The notes below the pieces were generated by a model. It made no database searches. It had not been told where the DNA came from and saw only the letters and a program-made list of their open reading frames with translations. From positions 124,001 through 188,000 of the IMG/VR virus record IMGVR_UViG_3300047321_000238: a DNA stretch of 64,000 nucleotides, one strand, 5' to 3'. How positions within the stretch are numbered: the stretch's first letter is position 1; each line of letters begins with the position of its first letter. This document shows positions 57,353-64,000 of this stretch, in pieces. The translations under genes were made by a program, and so were the position numbers.

Positions 57353-57647
57353 AAATCTAACTCCTGGTGAAGTGAGAACCTGTAAACTTTCTCGTAAGAT
57401 GATTGTTTACGGGGACTTCTATTACCAAGACACAGAAGATCCTAAGCTATACATTAAAGCTACTGAATATCATAAACTAAAAAAGCAAGAGAAGATAAAT
57501 GCTTTTGATTATTCTAAACTAGAGCAAGCTCAAAGTGAAAAAGAGTATAGACAATATATGATACAAGCTCAACAAGAATACTTAACCGCTACCATTCTCA
57601 GTAAAGAAATTTGCATCAATGGCGAAATTGAAAATACGGAATTATAG
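57336..57647 (+). CDS. Hypothetical protein
   Basis: SD AGGAGG. Confidence 0.7.
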   Translation: MLVLTRNLTPGEVRTCKLSRKMIVYGDFYYQDTEDPKLYIKATEYHKLKKQEKINAFDYSKLEQAQSEKEYRQYMIQAQQEYLTATILSKEICINGEIENTEL

Positions 57648-57655
57648 GGGGAAGT

Positions 57656-60600
57656 ATGAATAGAGACGATTTTAATATAATAGACCACAAACTTTCAAAA
57701 CTTACTAATAAAAAAAGAACTGATACTAAAGGTATAACATTACATTGTTATGCTGATTGGTATGATAATAAATCACAATACGGCGGCTTTGATTTAGTAC
57801 AATCAATAAATACTAATCAAGAGAACTATGGCTTTAACTTCTTGCTTGATCAATATGACATTGTTGAAGCGGTTAAAGAGAGTTCAGTTGCTGATCCATT
57901 TGGTACAAAGAAACCAACATACATTGCTACTAACTTATATGAAAATAAGATTAGTGAGAATACTTTATCTATTTGTATATTCATATCAAAAGAGCACAAC
58001 TATGAAGAGACTGAAAAAGTCCTAGTAAAGTTCTTAGCTTATTTGTTGAATGAATACAAATTAAAGACAGATGATATTTGGAGAGGACATGACTTATCTA
58101 AAGATGATAAGGGCCCAATACAATATCTAGATACTGATATCTTTAAGAAATTACTTAAAGAAGTTGATGACTACATTGCATTTATAAGTGACGATGATAA
58201 CAAAGACAAAGAGTTTGAGTTTGTTTCTCCTTTTAAAAGTGCTGATAACACAACTACAGTTGAAGAAGCTGTTAATAAAATATTTGATACAAATAAAGAT
58301 AAGATAGATGACTATGTTAATCAATTTGAACCATGGGATAAAGAGAAAGCAGAAATTAAACAAGCTGTAGCTAAACCTGAAGTAGGAAACCTAAAGACTA
58401 AGACATTCCCTACTAAGAATAAACTACAATATAAAATTACTAATACACCACCAGGATCTGCAACACATTGTGTTAAGGCTTCTGATAGATTAGAAGGTAT
58501 AGAAACTGAAGAAGATACTTTTGTAGAACCAATCTATCCTGATTTGATAACACCTCCAGGTGGAGAAATCAATATAGCTAACGGTTCATCAGAAACTGCA
58601 GTTCAATCTAGCTCTAGTTCTACTACACCAATATCAGTAGAGGACTTTGAAAAGAGACAAAAGACTTTCGATATGAAAGACTTCTCTAACGTTAAGAAAG
58701 AGACTGTAGGTAGACCTATTAATACAGATGATCCATTTCCAGTAGATGAACAAATTAAGAAACTCGAAGAACATTTTCCTAAAGTTAAAATAGATAAAAC
58801 TACTTTTGATTTTACTGAGGATAACCATCCAGGTTCAGCAATAGGCAAAGCAATGGCTAAAAACTATGCAATGACTTACGATATGGTTAATGAAATAAGT
58901 AAACGTACTGAAAAGAGATTAGTTAAAATTGAAAACAATCTTGCAACAGTAATGCGTAACATGTTTCGAATGTCTTCTAGAGTTAATATTAATTGTGTTT
59001 ATTATGGAGGTCAATCTGTTTATGGTAAATATAAATGTATTAGATGTCTTCATGACAATAGAATAGATGATGGAGCTATAGTAACTATGGACCAATGTCT
59101 ATGTTGTACAAGATACGAACCAATCCTTGGACAAGTCTATGCAATATTAGATGAGACTGGTTCTAATGTATCACAAGTGGTAGATGATCTACAAATGTCT
59201 TATATGGAATTATATGATTATCAAGTATTTAATAATGTTAATGAATACAATACTGCACCTAAGGATGCAAATCTTAAAAAGGATTCTACAGATATTCCAA
59301 AAGAATTTAGAGATACTAAATGGGCGGATACTGCAGAGGAAAAGAAAGCCAAAGCAGAATTAAAAGCTAAACGAGCTGCTGCCGCTAATGTTTCTGGAGA
59401 ACCAGAAGTAACTAAGAAAGATGAAAAGATTCTTATTACTTACGAAGAAGTTAAAGAATACTTAGATACGAAACTTCAAGAAGTTATTATATTAGACTCA
59501 GAGAATAAGCAACTTACTAAAGATGAATATATAATCATCAAGAAGTATGAAATGCTTAAGGCTATTACAGATAAAATAAACGAAGAATCTACTGAAAAGA
59601 AATATAAAGATGATTCAGGAAATGATATAACAAGAGAAGATTACATTAAGCTATTAACAAAGAAATTTAAGGATTCATATGTTAGTGACGAATATTATAA
59701 TGGATTTAAAATGGATTGGACACCTAATCTTTTAGAAACTCATAAAGCTAATATCAATGTTTATGATGTTGAGAAATTAAAAGATGGTAAGTCAGCACAA
59801 ATAGATACAGTTGATCATCAACCATCGCTATCTAGAGATCTGTTTATTGACTCTAGAGAAGAAGCTATTGAGTATGAAAAATTAGAATTCAATATTAAAG
59901 ACTATGACATTGGAGACTTCTCAGGTGGAGTTAACGGTTCATCATCTTCTGGAGGTATATTTGGAGGTATGGGCTCTACAGTGGTAAGAAATAAAATTGT
60001 AGAATATGCTAAAAATGCGGTTACTTTATGTGCAGAAGGGAAAGCTAAATATTCACAAGGTCAACGTATGTTACATGATGATAAAGCTGTTAATGGTATT
60101 AGTTATTGGGATTGTTCTTCATTAGTTCAAGCAGCTTATGAAGCTGGAGGTATTACTGGAGTTACAGGAAATACATGTTCAGAATATCCGTCTTGTTTAG
60201 ATACAAATGGTGGTTTACTTATCCCTATCGCGGAAGTAGATAAAGCTATACCTGGAGATATCGTATGGTTCTATTCAGGTAACAAACCAACCGATCAAGC
60301 AGGACTACAAACTATAGATTATAGTAATGCTAGTTTACTTCATCACGTTGCTATTTATATTGGAGACGGAAAGATTGCTCATGCAAGTGGAGAGAATTCT
60401 ACTCCTAATATTAAGATATCTGATTTATATAGTGAGGCAATAGCTTTTGGTAGACCAAAGGATTTAATTGAATTAGATAGAGCTGCATCTACAGGAGCAA
60501 GTGGACCTGGTGTATGGAATAGAGAAGCTCAAGGAATAGATGATGAATTATGGAATGCATCATCAGTAGCTGATGAACAAGTACCTGCATTTATTGCTAA

Positions 60601-61072
60601 TATGGCTAAGTACGGATATAAAGATGCTATTAATAATATAAGTAAAGAGTTTAATTTCGATCCTTATGTTATAGCAGCTATGGCAACTATTGAAACTACA
60701 GGAAATCCTCATGAAGGTTCTACGTATAAAGGTATACTGCAAGTAGAAAATGGCTCTGAAGATCCAACAACTAATATAAGGCAAGCTCTTGAAGGACTCA
60801 TGGCAAGAAAACCTTACTTAGTACAAAATGGTTGGAGCGAAAATAATATTCACGTATTGGTATCTGCTCATAACTCTGGAGAAGGAACCGTAGGAGGAGC
60901 TAAAAAAGCTAGCAATTTAAATTTAGCATCTTGTAAAATACCAGAGATGGGAGAAGCTTTGTATAACTATGTAAAAGCAACTACGTCTTGGGATCCTATG
61001 GAAAAGAAAACTTACACAACTAAAGTATTAAGAGCATATGCGTTACTTTATTCTCAAAACGCGTTAAGTTAA
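57656..61072 (+). CDS. Large multidomain peptidoglycan hydrolase: Amidase_2-like + Cys-rich domain + NlpC/P60 + SLT-like
   Basis: ITLH...GHDL (amidase-like); WDCSSLV...PGDIVWF...HHVAIYIGDG..AHAS (NlpC/P60); AMATIET...GILQV...SAHNSG (transglycosylase-like). Confidence 0.75.
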   Translation: MNRDDFNIIDHKLSKLTNKKRTDTKGITLHCYADWYDNKSQYGGFDLVQSINTNQENYGFNFLLDQYDIVEAVKESSVADPFGTKKPTYIATNLYENKISENTLSICIFISKEHNYEETEKVLVKFLAYLLNEYKLKTDDIWRGHDLSKDDKGPIQYLDTDIFKKLLKEVDDYIAFISDDDNKDKEFEFVSPFKSADNTTTVEEAVNKIFDTNKDKIDDYVNQFEPWDKEKAEIKQAVAKPEVGNLKTKTFPTKNKLQYKITNTPPGSATHCVKASDRLEGIETEEDTFVEPIYPDLITPPGGEINIANGSSETAVQSSSSSTTPISVEDFEKRQKTFDMKDFSNVKKETVGRPINTDDPFPVDEQIKKLEEHFPKVKIDKTTFDFTEDNHPGSAIGKAMAKNYAMTYDMVNEISKRTEKRLVKIENNLATVMRNMFRMSSRVNINCVYYGGQSVYGKYKCIRCLHDNRIDDGAIVTMDQCLCCTRYEPILGQVYAILDETGSNVSQVVDDLQMSYMELYDYQVFNNVNEYNTAPKDANLKKDSTDIPKEFRDTKWADTAEEKKAKAELKAKRAAAANVSGEPEVTKKDEKILITYEEVKEYLDTKLQEVIILDSENKQLTKDEYIIIKKYEMLKAITDKINEESTEKKYKDDSGNDITREDYIKLLTKKFKDSYVSDEYYNGFKMDWTPNLLETHKANINVYDVEKLKDGKSAQIDTVDHQPSLSRDLFIDSREEAIEYEKLEFNIKDYDIGDFSGGVNGSSSSGGIFGGMGSTVVRNKIVEYAKNAVTLCAEGKAKYSQGQRMLHDDKAVNGISYWDCSSLVQAAYEAGGITGVTGNTCSEYPSCLDTNGGLLIPIAEVDKAIPGDIVWFYSGNKPTDQAGLQTIDYSNASLLHHVAIYIGDGKIAHASGENSTPNIKISDLYSEAIAFGRPKDLIELDRAASTGASGPGVWNREAQGIDDELWNASSVADEQVPAFIANMAKYGYKDAINNISKEFNFDPYVIAAMATIETTGNPHEGSTYKGILQVENGSEDPTTNIRQALEGLMARKPYLVQNGWSENNIHVLVSAHNSGEGTVGGAKKASNLNLASCKIPEMGEALYNYVKATTSWDPMEKKTYTTKVLRAYALLYSQNALS

Positions 61073-61114
61073 GTTATTAGCTATTAAAAATATAATCAAA
61101 CAGGAGGTTTGCTT

Positions 61115-61420
61115 GTGGAAATTTTAAGTAGTATTAACTACGGCAGATGTTTGAATTATCATAATGTGCACGAAGAATGTGATTTATGTTGCTGTGAGTG
61201 CACCAGCAGATGTGATAAGTGTTGTAAGATAATTAATCATTTGGATAATAGGCATGATTGTGGGAACTTCTATAACGTAGTTGACTTCCATAATAAACTA
61301 TTAAAGCAAACTCTTTTCATTAAAGAGGAAATGAAAAGACTCAATGATACTAAAAAGAGATTTGCACAAAGAGATTTAGGCACAATACAAATCATAAAAA
61401 AGATAACAAAAGAAAGGTAG
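61115..61420 (+). CDS. ME[LI]L-tag, Cys-rich protein (GTG start, MEILSSI)
   Basis: SD AGGAGG 7 nt before GTG 61115. Confidence 0.65.
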   Translation: MEILSSINYGRCLNYHNVHEECDLCCCECTSRCDKCCKIINHLDNRHDCGNFYNVVDFHNKLLKQTLFIKEEMKRLNDTKKRFAQRDLGTIQIIKKITKER

Positions 61421-61446
61421 TCGTTATGACTACCTCCTTTTTATTT
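61415..61446 (+). terminator. Terminator at the convergent junction
   Basis: AGGTAGTC-5-GACTACCT plus T-rich tract. Confidence 0.7.
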
Positions 61447-61461
61447 TATTCTTTTCCCAAG

Positions 61462-61519
61462 TTGCTTACTTGCGAGTGCCACCGTATTTCTTTTTTTATT
61501 GCTTACTTACGAGTGCCAC
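61462..61519. repeat. Two 21-bp direct repeats
   Basis: TTGCTTACTTGCGAGTGCCAC (61462-61482) and TTGCTTACTTACGAGTGCCAC (61499-61519); one mismatch. Confidence 0.9.
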
Positions 61520-64000
61520 TATGAGATTGCTTCAAATGATTCCTCTGCTTCTTCTTCCATTATATCTATTTGTGGAAGTGTGTTAGTTTCTAGTACTGCG
61601 TTTGCTATTATCTTCCCGCTCGCGTCCTTCTTACCTTGGATAGTAATGTCTCTTATTACACTCATATCGAATGAACAACTTGTTTTCTTGTATAGGTTAG
61701 CAAATACTAATCCTTCAATTGATATTCCTTCATAACTGAAAGTTACAAATCCCATCATGTTTCCTTTCTTATCACACTTTTCCATAACTTTTTCAAGTTT
61801 GAAAGTTTGTTGGAATGAATCATTTGTTTTGATTGTTTCCCACCATGGTTGATAAGTAATAGAAGTTCCAAGTACTTCAGTTTCTAATTCCATACATGCA
61901 TTCTTATCATAAACTAAAGATACTAATCTTTCATCTTTATCTTTTCTAATATCCATTAGCTCATTCATAGTTTCATATCTATTAGTGTTATAGAAATCAA
62001 ATGCTCCTGCTTTAATTAAACCAAACATAACTCTCTTGTTAGCATGTTTCTTATCCATTTTATCAAGAGTATCTTGAATACTTACATAAGGTCTATTCTC
62101 TATTATATTGTTTATACTGTTTTCGCCTAACCCCTTTACTGATTTAAGTCCATAATATATTTCACCATTTACTTCAGTGAAATCGTAGTCTGAATAATTC
62201 ACATCGGGAGTGGTTATATTAATGTTGTAACCCTTAGCAGTTTTAGAATATAAATCTATTTTATCAGATTCACTTTGCATTGAAAGTAAAGCAGCAAAGA
62301 ATTTAGCAGCGTGCTTTTTCTTCAAATACATTGTACATAAAGTAACTACGGCATAAGTCGCTGAATGAGATTTATTGAATAGGTATGAAGCGTATCCTTT
62401 AAGCTTATTCCAGAAATCTACTAGTTCCTCTTCAGTGTAACCATTGTTAATTCCCCCTACTACAGGTGAACCGTATTTACCCTTCGCATCGTATATGCAT
62501 TGATCAGTATTCGTCTCATCATAATCTGCAGGAGGGTTACAATTTTTTTTACCATATATGAACAATCTCCTAGCAAGTTCCATCTTATCAGCTTTCTTTT
62601 TAGCTAGTGCTTTACGAAGTATACTGTCAGCTTGAACATCGTCAAAGCCAGCTACTAGTTTAGAGATAAGCATACATTGTTCTTGGTATATAATTGTGTT
62701 ATAGGTATCCTTAGTAATTTCTTCAGTCCCTCTAAGTTGTGGGATTGCTATTTCAAATCCGTTCTTTCTTTGAGCGTATTGAGTATGCATTCCTGCACTT
62801 AATGGACCTGGCCTACCTATAGCTAATATTGCACAGATATCATTAATGTCTGTTGGAATTATATCTGAAACTAAAGATTTAAATAGATTACTTTCCATTT
62901 GGAATAATCCTTCTGTTTCTTTATTTTGTGTCATTTCAAATATCTCTTCATCATCTAAGTGATTTTCTATTTCTTTATATAAATCATTCATTGTAGCATT
63001 TGAATCTACAGCCTTAATTGTTTTATCTAATACATCTAATGTTTTAAGTCCTAGTATATCAAGTTTGATTGCATTTAAGCTTTCTAATTGTGGACCTGTA
63101 AATAATGCAACTCTTATTCCATCAACAGTTCTTGTAGGGAAATAGTCTGTAACATCACATGGCATTACTAATATTCCTGATGCATGAACTCCCATGTTTC
63201 TTGGAGTGCCTTCAAATCTTCTAGCTAATCTAAATAGTTCAGGATATCTATTTTCTATATCTTTAAATTTATTATACTTAGCTATTAATTTATTGTAAGT
63301 AGCATCATCGCCTTCTGCTTTTGCTTCATTAGCACTTGTTTCTAATTTATCTAAGTCTTTAAACTTAATTGCTGGAGCATTGTCTGTTATATCATCAATA
63401 TCTTTTGATATATTATTCATTATCATAAAGTCTACTCTAAGAACTCTACCGAAGTCTTTAAGTCCTGACTTAACTCCCATTACTGTATAAGTTCCAATAT
63501 GAGATACAGCAGCTTGACCATGAACTTCTTCTAGATGTTTTATAAGTTTATCTCTACCATAGTATGAGTAATCCATATCTACATCTGGTGGATCAACTCT
63601 ATCTTTAGTTAAGAATCTAAAGAATAATAAGTTATATTTAATTGGATCGATTATCTTAGTTGCACCATTAACGAATAGTGTAAGAGCTCCTGCCGCACTA
63701 CCACGTCCTGGTCCTACTGGAATATCTTCTTGGTCACAGTATTCAACGTTCTCAAATATCTTTAATATATAAGGAGCAAATCCTTTAGAGTTTATGATAT
63801 CTAATTCTTCATATAATCTTTTCTCATATTTGATTACATCTATTTCAGGATGTTCATTTTTATATTTATATAATCCTTTGTATGATTTCAAAGTTAAGTA
63901 TTGTTCAGTAGTTAATCCTTGAGGTACTTCTACTTTAGGGAATAAAGGTTTCTCTGAACCAATCTTTAAGCCATCTTCTATTCTACTTGCTATGACATTT
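61519..64000 (-). CDS. dnaE: DNA polymerase III alpha subunit (DnaE) copy 2, 5'-truncated by the window edge
   Basis: GPGRGSAAG, PPDVDMD, HASG, KLDILGL, IIYQEQ, FNKSHS; frame stays open from 63891 to the window end. Confidence 0.93.
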   Translation of the reverse strand, partial: NVIASRIEDGLKIGSEKPLFPKVEVPQGLTTEQYLTLKSYKGLYKYKNEHPEIDVIKYEKRLYEELDIINSKGFAPYILKIFENVEYCDQEDIPVGPGRGSAAGALTLFVNGATKIIDPIKYNLLFFRFLTKDRVDPPDVDMDYSYYGRDKLIKHLEEVHGQAAVSHIGTYTVMGVKSGLKDFGRVLRVDFMIMNNISKDIDDITDNAPAIKFKDLDKLETSANEAKAEGDDATYNKLIAKYNKFKDIENRYPELFRLARRFEGTPRNMGVHASGILVMPCDVTDYFPTRTVDGIRVALFTGPQLESLNAIKLDILGLKTLDVLDKTIKAVDSNATMNDLYKEIENHLDDEEIFEMTQNKETEGLFQMESNLFKSLVSDIIPTDINDICAILAIGRPGPLSAGMHTQYAQRKNGFEIAIPQLRGTEEITKDTYNTIIYQEQCMLISKLVAGFDDVQADSILRKALAKKKADKMELARRLFIYGKKNCNPPADYDETNTDQCIYDAKGKYGSPVVGGINNGYTEEELVDFWNKLKGYASYLFNKSHSATYAVVTLCTMYLKKKHAAKFFAALLSMQSESDKIDLYSKTAKGYNINITTPDVNYSDYDFTEVNGEIYYGLKSVKGLGENSINNIIENRPYVSIQDTLDKMDKKHANKRVMFGLIKAGAFDFYNTNRYETMNELMDIRKDKDERLVSLVYDKNACMELETEVLGTSITYQPWWETIKTNDSFQQTFKLEKVMEKCDKKGNMMGFVTFSYEGISIEGLVFANLYKKTSCSFDMSVIRDITIQGKKDASGKIIANAVLETNTLPQIDIMEEEAEESFEAIS

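Noticed and set aside
12637-61420. ME[LI]L starts as a pure DNA repeat or insertion element
   Set aside because: Not favoured: upstream sequences differ and synonymous changes (GAA/GAG, TTA/CTT/CTA) preserve the amino acids. A partial DNA-level contribution cannot be excluded.
61462-61519. CRISPR array
   Set aside because: Only two repeats with a 16-nt spacer, and no cas genes.
3950-63891. Inteins or self-splicing introns in gyrB, recA, nrdD, helicases or dnaE
   Set aside because: Proteins have normal lengths and continuous motifs; no C...HN splice junctions or homing endonuclease seen.

Overview
AT-rich window that reads as part of a very large (jumbo) phage or phage-like replicon of a spore-forming, clostridia-like Firmicute. 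It does not look like a host chromosome. Genes are packed on the + strand up to 61420, then switch to the - strand. It encodes a largely self-sufficient replication, recombination and repair set: SSB, GyrB/GyrA, RecA plus a RecA paralogue, resolvase-like nuclease, UDG, Rad52/22-like annealase, PcrA, two SF2 helicases, Gam-like protein, primase, HU, LigA and two DnaE polymerases. Nucleotide metabolism is covered by tmk, tdk, thyX, nrdD/nrdG and a NUDIX hydrolase. It also has its own ClpXP, a SigF/SigB-family sigma factor, cell-wall enzymes (an endolysin and a 1138-aa three-domain lytic protein), and an anti-defence cluster with a clear Tad1 homologue. Most notable unexplained signals: (1) 13 otherwise unrelated, mostly small ORFs share the N-terminal tag M-E-[LI]-L-x-(Y)-hydrophobic, including tandem arrays of five and three genes; synonymous codon variation suggests the peptide itself is selected (candidate sorting, packaging or degradation signal). 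(2) A candidate phage-sigma late promoter, TTAAT-N15-RGTAATA, lies in front of the three cell-wall or lysis units. (3) A Ycf46-like AAA ATPase / DUF1257 / DUF2997 module. (4) A structured leader upstream of an ssb whose product has a basic rather than acidic tail. All family assignments come from motif recognition by eye; no database searches were run.
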